A DNA stretch of 63,744 nt, filler included, from Cercozoa sp. M6MM (taxonomy: Eukaryota; Protista; Endomyxa: Ascetosporea): assembly GCA_040357565.1 (NCBI GenBank). It is 12 parts of 12 records of this genome, joined end to end, with 100 filler letters (N's around TTAATTAATTAA, not from the genome) between each part and the next. Parts side by side here need not be neighbours in the genome. Positions count along the whole stretch, not along the records: positions 45,877 to 54,660 come from JBDODJ010000513.1; positions 54,761 to 61,830 come from JBDODJ010000663.1; positions 61,931 to 63,744 come from JBDODJ010001910.1; 9 more parts are not named here. The stretch is one strand, 5' to 3'. The notes beneath the pieces were generated by a model that searched no databases, was not told the DNA's origin, and worked only from the letters and a program-made list of their open reading frames with translations. This document shows positions 52,961 to 63,744 of the stretch, piece after piece (positions within the stretch are counted from its first letter, which is position 1; every line of letters starts with the position of its first letter). The position numbers and the translations under genes were made by a program.

Positions 52961-54320
52961 GTTAGCAGTTACCCCCCTTTACCTCCCCCCCTCCCCCTCC
53001 TGCACGTGTCGGCGGTACGCGCGTGCGCGCCTCCTGGGCACGCAAGACAAGTCGCTTGAAGAGCAAAAAGCAAAAAACTCAGAGGTAAGTTCCGACGGAA
53101 CCGCACAAATTCACAATGAAGGAGCGAGCGTCAGCGATCCCAGCCACAGCCACATCTAGTAAAAGGCGAAATGTGGGTTTGATAGTTGAATGGAATCAGC
53201 TCGCAGTTGTAGTGACACGAGGGGACTGCATTTTCGTATTTGCATCCTGCTTTCAATGACCGAGCGCGTCATGGGTCACATCGGTCACACTAGGATTGGG
53301 GAGAATTAGCGATGTGACTGTGGTGTTGGCCGCTGCTGCAGTCGAAAGAACAGAGCAACGAGGAACTGCAGCAGTTGGTGGGCAAACTACATTCTGGTGG
53401 AGAACGAGCGTGTTTCAGTTTCAGAAGACACCCCGGCCGACGTACTGAAACTGAACTCTGCCCGACGGAAATAGATAAGCCTTAGACAGCAGTAGCTTGG
53501 GTTGCGAGTTGCGACTTAAACTTCTGTCCCAGAAGAATCAAAACCCGTTCGGAAAAGGAGACCGGGTGCAAAAAAAGGGAAGTGACACGGCGAGACCTGA
53601 GGCAGTGTGAGCCAGGAGCCAGGTGCCATGCGCGCCGGGTGCTGTGGCAAGCCATCGACACACCCGACTGTCACCGCAAACAGTGAGTAACAGAAATGAC
53701 AGTCACGAAGGACTGCTAATCTTTGTTACAAGATTAAGAACAGAAACTACATTTGATCATAGCCAAGAGGCCCACGATCGAGTATGCCTAGAACGATGCG
53801 TGAGCCCTTGACATCAATTGATTCCAAAATTGTCTAAGTTTTCCGTGTCATGGGCCACCACTCAAGTAGTGCAACCCAAGTTTAGACGCCAGCATAGGCT
53901 GAGAATAAGCTGAAGCGTCCCCTATTGTACATAGGCATCGACACCACGCCTGCCTCAGCCGTGGTCGCCAAACGCCAAAATTTTATCGAAAGCAGAGTCG
54001 GCCCTCCGCGTTTGCAACACGGCAAAATCGAGCTAGACAGCGTGTTTGCAAATGAAAACCCGTTAGTTGAGTCTACACTGTACAGTAATACTAGGAACAA
54101 GGGATACCGCAGATATCGATAAGAACCCAGTTGGGGTAGTTCTTCACTTCGCTTCTACAAACTGAATCACTTGATTCCTCGCTTCGTCTAATTGACGACT
54201 TACTTCTCGTTCTTTCATTTAGTTCTTTTCACTGACAACCGTCAGTAACACGTGACTGATTTAGATGTAAGCACAGCATGAAACACACAGTGCGCCGAGT
54301 GAAGGGCGTCGTGTCGGAAC

Positions 54321-54625
54321 CTACTCGTCGGAGTCGTCGAGGCCGCGCACGCGCAGCATGTCCTTGGTGCCGAAGGGCGTCTTGCAGGCCGGGCAGCACC
54401 GGTTGCGCGTGCGCACGCAGTCCTGGACGCACTGCGAGCAGAACAGGTGGCCACACCGCGTCAGCACTGTGCCCTTGCGTCTGCTCACACACCCAGAGGG
54501 TAGCAGGGGGGGGGGGGCCAAACAAGCAGGGACGAAGTAGACACAGCTACCGCAGGTTGCACACACTGCAGTACAGCATCTCCTTGTACATGCGCACCAA
54601 CGCATCGTTGGCTGTCTGCGAGTCC
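54321..54625 (-). CDS. BRE1: C-terminal RING finger of BRE1-like E3 ubiquitin ligase (5' partial)
   Basis: YKEMLYCSVCNLRRKGTVLTRCGHLFCSQCVQDCVRTRNRCCPACKTPFGTKD matches the Bre1/RNF20 RING pattern. Confidence 0.8.
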
Positions 54626-54760
54626 TGTTGGGGGTTGGGGGTAGGGGGTAAGGGGGTAGGNNNNNNNNNNNNNNNNNNNNNNNNNNNNNNNNNNNNNNNN
54701 NNNNTTAATTAATTAANNNNNNNNNNNNNNNNNNNNNNNNNNNNNNNNNNNNNNNNNNNN

Positions 54761-56354
54761 TCTTCCCGCGCGTGGAGATTCCGCAAGAGAAGCCGCTGTC
54801 GAAAGGCGAAGTTTTGGGCTGCACGTCACCTCTTCTGCCGGCCGATGTGCAGGTGTGTTTGCCCCCTTGCTCCCTTTGTACCCCTGTACCCATAGTTCCC
54901 CTGTACCCCTTTGTACCATGTACCCATTGTACCCCTTTGTACCCCCTTCCCCTTTACCACCCCCCGTGCAGGCAGCGGTGTTCCTAGCAGACGGCCGGTT
55001 TCACTTGGAGTCGCTCATGATCCGAAATCCTCGCGTGGCGTGCTTCCAGTACAATCCGTACACGAAGCGACTCACTCGCGTACCAGGCGCTTTTGTCCGA
55101 GGATATTAAGGGGGCTTAAGGGCTTAGGAGGAGATAAACCTCCTGGTGTTGCAGGAGTCCTACGATCACGCTCGCATGCACAGCGACAGGTGACTTCTCT
55201 TACGTCTTCTATCCTAGCTTACTTTCTCCGTCTAAACCTGCCCCTCGTAGAAAGCAAGCGATCGATGGCGCGCGTCTGGCCATGCAGCAAGGCCGTACGG
55301 TCGGTGTCGTCATGTCCACACTCGGTCGACAGGGTACCTAGCTCCTTATCTCTCTTGCCAAACACAGCCCTCCATCTTATGAATCGTCACAGGCAACATG
55401 CGCATCATTGAGCGACTGCAGCAGCGGTTGAACGAGCGTGGCGTGCCGCATTTCCTCGTGCTGCTTAGCGAGATTTTCCCGCACAAGTTGGCCGCATTTA
55501 ATGCTGTAAACCTCTTTTTTGTGCCTGCGCACCTATCTGGATACACTGACATGAGCGTAGGGCCTTAAGGACACGGAAGACAAATCACGCATTGTTGGTA
55601 TTTTGTGGATTTTGCCTTTTCAAGAACTGCGCTGTTTCGTGATTTCACGTCATGTAGGCACGTGGATCCAGGTTGGTTGTCCCCGCCTCTCCATCGACTG
55701 GGTAAAATACAGCCATGTGTACCGAGAATCGCTTGAGGTTGCCTTTTACTTTTGAGTGCAGGGCATCCATTTCGAGGCGCCGCTGTTGAACCCGTACGAG
55801 GCGTTCGTGTCGCTCGACTCGGCGAAATGGCTTGCGGTGCCGCGTGAAGGTAACCAGTTCCGCAGTGTTCTTTTTCAGTATTTTTGTTTTCACAATCACA
55901 ACCTCGGTCCTGGCAGAAGATGCGGGTGGCGTGTATCCGATGGACTTTTACAGTGGCTCGGGTGGCCAGTGGACCAACTACTGGCAGTCACCCGAGGAAC
56001 GAGCACAGGTAGCTGACACGCTTTGTAGCCAGTCGCTTATGCTATCATCGGATAACGACTTAGGCCGAGGCTGCCCGGCGTGAGCGACGCGAGAAGCACG
56101 CGGCACGACGACAGAAGCTGCGTCGGCGTTTGCGAGAGAAGCGACGTCAGCAGCAGGAGCAGCAATCGTCAGACCAGGCAGTACAGGAGCCAACTGATTC
56201 ACAAGAGCCGGTACAGATTGTCTGTGTGGACGTGTATTTGGTTTTACGTCATGGGTACTATATGCAGGAGGAGGAGGTGCTGCACCCGCGTGTTCGTCGC
56301 GTCGATATCGCCTACGCTGACGTGGATGACGTTGTCAACGACCTTACCTTCTGA
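54761..56354 (+). CDS. DPH1: Diphthamide biosynthesis protein 1 (5' partial)
   Basis: [86 protein letters not shown]. Confidence 0.96.
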
Positions 56355-57449
56355 ACGAAACTTTCGTTGTAATGATCGATCGTTTTGCGTACTCGCACCA
56401 ATCATAAAAGCGAAGGGTAGTTAGAGTAATGTTACTGTCAACATCAAACAACCTACTCGGCTGACTACTTGCTCCGCGTGAAAGCAACTATCAGTCATGC
56501 CAAATAAGAATTGGTGTTTTGCTAAGGTTGGGAGCTGGGAACCTAACCGTTGAGTGCTGCCTAGTTCGGCATACCTTGTGTTTGGTAGAGTGGCTAGCAG
56601 CTTGAAACTGCTGCAAGAATTGAATAAAGGCTTTCCAATACCAGGTACCTCGAAGGATACCGTGCTTGTTGACACTAGCAACTGACTTACTCTATCTTGA
56701 GCAGGCAAGAGGGGGTTTCTATTTGGTTATCAACAACAAACCTCTCAACACTTTCAACTGTAACGACGGCCCTACCTTGGGGTAACCTTCTCTCTTCTGA
56801 TATCTTTCGGTTTGTTGAGACATCGAACGAACACTAAATTAAACGACCTTACATTCTTAGTTTTCTTTAGTCGTTGTCTTCACTAAAAGTGACAATCTCA
56901 CAATCAACAGGAAACTGTAGCCGAGCGTCATGTCCGCAGATTACGTTTTTCGCCCGAAGGCGCAGCCACCCCAGTCGATGCCGTGCCTGTTCCTCCGATT
57001 CATTTCCTTTCTAAATTACTTGTGCTGGAACATGCTCTTCCCAAGGCGGCGCGTTCCTTCGGCCATATCTTCGAGGCTGCGTGCCGAATGCCGCTGAAAC
57101 GCGGGTGCTGGTGCTTCGTTCGAACCCATGTGCTGTGTGGTTGGGGGGGGGGGTCAAAGCAAGGTGCCGCCAAGCGTGCCTGTAGGAGTGGCACATTACT
57201 CTCTGTGTGCCAGTCAGTCTGTCTCTTTCTCTGCCCTACGCTCCGTGATGAAGTGCATGACGGATTTAGTCCTCCAACTGAAAAGAACGAAAATTCCGGT
57301 GGAACACATTGCGTTGGTTTTGGTGTTGTTATTGTTCGCGATCTGTGAGACCTGGAATTGTGCCCTGTTCTTCCGGATCGGTTCAGTTCCATTACGTCAG
57401 TTAACATTGCACGGGCGACTGCGACAGCAGCAGAAACGACATTGAGGAA

Positions 57450-60400
57450 ATCAGGCTGCAGAGACGCTGGGAGACACGCGAGCTGCGCGGCGACACCGTG
57501 ACATGCCCGGCACCGGGCTCGTCAAGAGACGGATTATCTGAGTCGCTGCAAAAAAAAATTCAACTGCTAAACTGTACTGATCTCTCGTAAAAACGGACTT
57601 AAAGGTGCCTCGTACCCAGCATGCGCAGTCCGGGACAGGGTGAGCTGGCCGCATTGCTCGTAGAAACTATCACGAGTCACACAGGTTTTTTTGTGCTTGA
57701 CAAACTGGCGTCCCCAAAAGAATGGAAAGCTAGGAGAGTACGCGCGCATCTCGAGATCGTTGAGAACGCCGCCCTGCTCGTCGTCCCACCAATGTCCTGG
57801 AGAGAACAAGTTAGTCTACAGTACTCGGGTAGGGCAGGAAAAACGTACCTTTGTCAGGCACCTCGGACCACGTGAGATCGAGGTGCTCGTTCTGCTGCAG
57901 TGCCTGGCGCACTCGTTTCATGTCCTGTGAACAGACACAGTGGGTACTGGAGGTACTGGAGGTACTCGCACAGGTACTAGTACTCGGTAGTAAGGTAGGG
58001 ACAGTGTAGAGCAACACAAGAGAGACCTGGAAGGTGTAGTCCAGCGTGCCGACTCGCAGCATCACGCGCATCGCCTCACGAACACTGCCGAGTCGCCGCA
58101 TCGTGCTCGCGTGCTTTGCGAACGCCGCACCCACCCAGGCACACTCCGCGTGCACACTGAGGGAGGGGTGATAGGGGTAGAAGAGGGTAGGAGGCAAGAG
58201 GGATGAGGCTAGGGGATAAGGGTGGGGGGGGGGGGGGGTAAATCCAATAATACTGCGGCAGCAGTCTCAGCACGCGTCTGGCACCATCGCTGTGACCCAG
58301 CAGAACCGACAGAGACATGTGCACCGTCACACGTGCCGGCAGTAGCGCCGACAGCATCGTGCCAATACTCGCTATCTCTCGCTCCAGGTCTACCGGGGGG
58401 GGGTAGGTAGGGTGTAAGGAGGTCAGACGGGACTTAGCGGGAGAGAGTAAACAGAGGAAGGGGGTAAAGGGAGAAGGGGGTAAAGGGAGAAGGGGGTAAA
58501 GGAAGAAGGGGGTAACAAGGAAACCGCGAACAAGACGTGCCGAGGTCTCCTCGATCGGATCGGCCTGCGGCAAGGCAAGTGGCGCGAACACCACGTGTGA
58601 CGTGCCGGTGCCGAGTACGGTGTCACCTGCACACAGAGTGACGGTGACACTGACCACTGGGTGGGTGTGACTGAGTCCAGTGAGTGATCACACCGTCAGA
58701 GTCGACGAAGCGAAAGGCACGTGCCAGGCGCGCCGGCGACGACGACGTACCGTGCACGGCAGCGATCACTGGCACGTGCAGCACCGTCTCACTCTGAGTG
58801 ACACCGTCAGTGTCAGTGCCAGTGATACCGTCAGTGTCAGTGGTGACGGTTTGGTTGTTGTAGCCAGCGGCAGCAGCGTCGCGCAGTCGCAGCGACGACA
58901 GCAGCGCCGACGGCAGCACCAGCGTGCCCACCGTCAGTGCACGTGTCCGCGCACGTGTCCGCGCACGTGTCGCACCGGCAGACTCTAAGTGATCGGCACC
59001 GTCGTCCTCGGACCGAGTGAGAGCGACATCAACGACACCGTCGTCGACGCAGCGCAGCTGGAAGGAAACCGCGCTCGACACAGCGACCACCGGCGAGCGG
59101 CCCTTCCTCCGCCGACTGGCACGTGCCCTCAGTCTGACCGGTCACACAAAGGTACCACAGGTGCCCACGTGTCCCCAGTGTACCCACGTGTCCCCACTGG
59201 CACGTGTCAAAGGCACCGGAAACGCAGCGGACAGTCGACGGTGGCGTCGAAGTCGTCACGCAGTTCGATCGGCACGCCGACTTGCGTCAGTTCTGACGGC
59301 AGCACGTGTCTCCGGTCCGGCTGTCCCAGTCTGTGGACACACACTAGTCCATATGGACACACACACTGGTCCATATGGACACACACACTGGTCCATATGG
59401 ACACACACACACAGGTCCATATGGACACAACACACAGGTCCATACAACACACTGGTACCGCAGTGGCACCGGTCTCGAAAAACCCAGTGGTGGCAGCACT
59501 TCGAACTGCACCTCACGCAGCACTCCTTGCCTCGTGTTCTCTGGGGGAGGGGGGGGGGGGTAAACAGGGGGTGAACAGGGGGGTAAACAGGGGGGTAAGC
59601 AGGGGTAAAGCACCCAGAATGACGGGCAGCACGGTGCGCGGCGGCACGAAAGCGCCGGCGTTTTTCGGTCGCAAAATCGACGGCTGCACTGGTGTCTTCT
59701 GCGCAGTGATCACACATCACTCACGCACGGTTTGATCGATCTGACCCAACTACCGTCCGATCGATCAGTGCACTGAGTCGCAGGTCGTCCGTCCGCGCGG
59801 AAGCGGCAACACTGAACTGACACTCCAGTCGCATGTTTCCGTGCAGCAGTCCACTCAGCCACTGCGGCGATTTCGACGCCTTTGCTTGACCCTCTGGGGG
59901 GGGGGGGGTAAATTGGTTAACGGAGTGGGTTAAGGGTGGGTTAAGGGAGTGTGTTAAGGGTGGGTTAAGGGGGTGGGTTAAGGGTAGGTTAAGGGGGTGG
60001 GTTAAGGGTAGGTTAAGGGGGTGGGTTATGGAGGTGGGTTAAGGGGGTGGTCAAGGGGAGGCTAGGGGGGTATAACTGCCAGCAGCACCAGCGGAACGCG
60101 CCGCGTGGAAGGAACGAAACGGCGAGCCGAAATCGCGCTCCAACACGAAATCGCGCCGGCCGAGTCGCACGTGACTCACGAACGACGGCGTCTGCACGGC
60201 GCGTCGCACTCCGCCTTCGGACTTTCGCGTCTGCACCACGCAACGGAAACCCGACGCTTCCTCGCTGTCAAAACACAGCGACAATGCAAAAACAACAACA
60301 CCAAAACAACAACACCAAAACAACAGCACAAAAACAACAATGCAAAAACAACAATGCAAAACAACAATGCAAAAACAACAATGCAAAAATAACAATGCAA

Positions 60401-61241
60401 AAACAACAATGCAAAAACAACAACAAACACAAACAACAACAAACAACACAAAACAACGACAAAAAAAAAACAACAAAAAGAAAACAACAACAAAAAAAAA
60501 CAACAAAACAAAAAACAACAAACGCACAAACGAAGCGGCAGCGCGAACAACAACGCGCGGTCGTACGGAGCTTCGATTTCGCAACGAGTCGAGTCACACC
60601 TGAACACACACAGCAGCTTTAGCAAGACAAAGCTAAAGCAAAGCTAAAGCAAAGCTAAAGCAAAGCGAAACTAAAGCGAAACTGAAGCGAAATAAGCGAA
60701 ATAAGCGAAACAAGCGAAAATCTCAGCGAAAACGAGCGAGAACAAGCGAAACAAGCGAAATCAAAGCGAAACAGGGACAAGCGCAGAATTCTCACCGCTG
60801 TAGCGTCCAATCCTTCGTCGCGCCTTCGCGCACTTCGCGACGAAGCTTTTCCTCGGCAGAAAGCGAAAGCATCACAGTTGGAAGCGAAGCGAAGGCGGCG
60901 GTTTCGTCTCTCACTGTGGCGCACTCATTTCGCGCATCGCAGAATTCGAAACTCTCGCGACGTCGCAACTCACTCGCCGTCGCTGTTCGCGTGAAAGCAA
61001 CGCGCGCGAAATCCGTGCGTTCGCGTCGATTGGGTGCGAAAAAATCGCGATCTTGGCGTGAAACGGCGCGCGACGCGGCGGCGCACTCGTGCGGCACCTC
61101 CTCGGTCGACAGCAGCAGCAAAGCTTCCGACCGCGTTGCTTTCACCAAACGATCACACTCGTTTGCAGAGACCACGAGTCTCTGTGCTGCCAGTAGCAGG
61201 AGTAAACATGTGCATGCACGTAGTACCATTCCGTGTTTCAC
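57450..61241 (-). CDS. Multi-exon hypothetical secreted protein (may be more than one gene)
   Basis: Signal peptide MVLRACTCLLLLLAAQRLVVSA; downstream exon-like blocks separated by repeat-filled introns. Confidence 0.45.
59895..60070. repeat. Telomere-like G-rich repeat (GGGTTAAGGG core) inside an intron
   Basis: Repeated GGTTAAGGG units separated by short variable spacers. Confidence 0.8.
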
Positions 61242-61380
61242 ACGAAAGATCTAAAGTGAGCCTACAGTTTCTGACTAGCAGCCGATGAGATGATCCCGTG
61301 TGCAGCCCACCCACTCGACTGATACCCCACGCAGTGTCGTTTTTCATCGATTAAGATACAGACACTAACTCCAAGTTGCG

Positions 61381-61830
61381 CTAATCGGCGATTCCAAACA
61401 TTTTCTTGACCTGCGCGAGCTTGCCTTGCAGCTTGGTGTTGTCGCGCTCGAGCTGCGTGAGTCGCTGCTGCTGCTGCCGGCGCGCGGCGGCGTCGCGTTC
61501 GCGCTGTCGCTGCGCGGCCGCATCGCGCGCTGCAGCCTCCTTCTGCAGCGCCTGTTTCTCTGCGCCACAAGAAACAACAACAACATCGAAAACAACAACA
61601 ATAACATCGAAAAACAACAACAATAACATCGAAAACAATAACAATAACATCGAAAAACAACAAGAATAACATCGAAAAACAACAACAACATCGAAAAACA
61701 ACAACAGCAATCAAAAAACAACAAGAGCAATCAAAAAACAACAAACCAGACACAAACAAACAGGGCATGAAAAATACAAAATGGACCTTGTTGCAGTCGC
61801 TGCACTTGACGCCGCAATTCTGCCAGTTCT
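61381..61830 (-). CDS. C-terminal exons of a coiled-coil protein (5' partial)
   Basis: KQALQKEAAARDAAAQRQRERD...LQGKLAQVKKMFGIAD*. Confidence 0.55.
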
Positions 61831-61930
61831 NNNNNNNNNNNNNNNNNNNNNNNNNNNNNNNNNNNNNNNNNNNNTTAATTAATTAANNNNNNNNNNNNNN
61901 NNNNNNNNNNNNNNNNNNNNNNNNNNNNNN

Positions 61931-62186
61931 AAGGGGTAAGGGGGCTAAAGGGGTAAGGGGGCTAAAGGGGTAAGGGGGCTAAAGGGGTAAGGGGGCTAAA
62001 GGGGTAAGGGGGCTAAAGGGGTAAGGGGGCTAAAGGGGTAAGGGGGCTAAAGGGGTAAGGGGGCTAAAGGGGTAAGGGGGCTAAAGGGGTAAGGGGGCTA
62101 AAGGGGTAAGGGGGCTAAAGGGGTAAGGGGGCTAAAGGGGTAAGGGGGCTAAAGGGGTAAGGGGGCTAAAGGGGTAAGGGGGCTAA
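61931..62186. repeat. Perfect 17-bp tandem repeat (AAGGGGTAAGGGGGCTA)n at a contig end
   Basis: About 15 exact units, then degenerate G-rich sequence to ~62280. Confidence 0.95.
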
Positions 62187-62522
62187 AAGGGGGTAAGAGA
62201 GGTAAGGGGGTAAGGGGAGCAAAGGGGGTAAAGAGGGGAAGGCGGGTTCAGGGATAAGGGGGATAAGGGTAGATTTGGGGGTTTGGTTTTGCACGGTATA
62301 CGTTTCGTATACGATAGACATCCATCCAACCTTCGCGCGTATATGTACACCGTACGTCACATTAGTCAGGCAGGGCTCAGCAAACAGTACCGCCCGCCGC
62401 GCGTTCGGTTATTTAACTGATCATCGCAATAAGACGATCAGCGCATTCGCATATACTGAACCGAAGGAAGAAGCGCGACCCACCAGTGTGCGGTGCGCGT
62501 GAATCACCGAAGGTAAGCCTTA

Positions 62523-63667
62523 TTAAATGTCCTGCACGAAGATGAACTCGTCATGCAGCGAGCCAGCGCCGCAGTTGCCGCTGCATGTGAAAATAGCGGC
62601 CTGTCTCAACAATAAGGAGCAATCAGAAAACAGGCAAGAATCATGCAGAAGTAACAGAGTATACAGTCGTCAACGAGAAGCCGGCCTTGTCCGCGGCCAA
62701 CTTCCACGGCTCTGCTTATAACAGAAGTGTTGTTCATGCTGGTTTGAGCGGGCAAAGCTATGGTTTACTGAGTTCGTTGACAATGTTCGGCATGAGCTGC
62801 ATTTCAAACACGCGTCGCTTGCCGCAGCTGCAGCGAGGGATCTGTTTCACAAAATCACACGTGAGACACAAAATCACATGCACGACTTAAACAGGCCACA
62901 CCTGCTTGGGCTTGCGACGGGCGGCATACAGCGGCAAACCAGCGTAGTCGTACCGAACGCACTGTTCCGGATCTCTGTGCGTACGTATGCCAGTGCACAA
63001 CACAGTGCACGGGTAGGAACAGTGAGTACCGCGAAAGACGCAGCTGAAACTCTTCAAACGCCTGATCACCTGTCTCCTCGTACTGCAAGCATCCGCGCGG
63101 ACGGTCAGAACAGAATTAAGAGATGTGACAGCCACAAAGAGACAGAAGGTACCTGCTCGGGAGCGTAAACTTCGTCAGCATTGGTTTTCTGTGTCTTTTT
63201 TTGCTTGTTGCTTTTCTGCAAAAAAGACGTGTACGGACTGAAGGGGAATAACGGGAGGAGGTAGAAGCAGATACCTGGGCACTCTCGCGTGCCTCGTACT
63301 CTGCCATCAGTCGCCGCTCGTGCGCAAAGTCGTCCTCTGAGACGGCAGCGAAACGTACAGAGACACAAGCAAAACGACGGACAGTGCAGCGTACCGCCGG
63401 CTGGAGGTTCCTCTTCGAACACGAGTTGGAGAGAGGTGAGACCGCCCTGTGCAGGCCTGGGCCACTGCACAAGTACGCAGGGTGTAAAAACAAAGCAGAG
63501 GTACAGAGGGGAAGAAGGTAAATACTAACCTCGGTATCCTCGATGATCTCGCTTCGCTCGTTAGTGTCCTCAGCAGCCTCATTGCCCTCGCTGTCGACCG
63601 GGACGGCAACAGGTGCCGCCGGAGCATCGCGCGCAGCCAGCAGTGCGCCCAGATCGTCCAGGTCTAC
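62523..63667 (-). CDS. PDCD2L: PDCD2-like/TSR4 protein, PDCD2_C domain (5' partial)
   Basis: DQAFEEFQLRLSR|DPEQCVRYDYAGLPLY, IPRCSCGKRRVFEMQLMPNIV, AAIFTCSGNC..EFIFVQDI*. Confidence 0.88.
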
Positions 63668-63699
63668 TTGAACATATACCAACAAGGTGCACACACACA

Positions 63700-63744
<45 letters not shown>

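Overview
Fragmented, intron-rich eukaryotic (protist-like) genome. The window is not one contiguous locus: 11 artificial N-TTAATTAATTAA-N spacers join 12 separate contigs, and there is one plain N gap. Manual GT-AG splicing gives about 30 multi-exon genes in the standard genetic code. These include ELP3, DPH1, NOP16, a BRE1-like RING E3, PDCD2L/TSR4, ubiquilin, an NDUFA13-like subunit, a P4-ATPase, a GH31 alpha-glucosidase with trefoil domain, a peroxisomal enoyl-CoA isomerase, an SDR, a TM-RGS protein and a signal-peptide-bearing kinase. Introns are short, often start with GTAC, and are frequently filled with simple or minisatellite repeats, which is where contigs break. The most unusual signal is a dispersed non-coding element family: clear copies at ~9341-9762 and ~12652-13028, and a possible remote relative at ~8270-8725. 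The two clear copies share an identical 38-nt hairpin-containing end but carry different internal cargo. One copy holds ~140 nt of 18S rRNA that is interrupted by recurring element motifs (TA-AAT-TA, GTTAGAA). All gene models were spliced by eye and family calls come from remembered motifs, not database searches.
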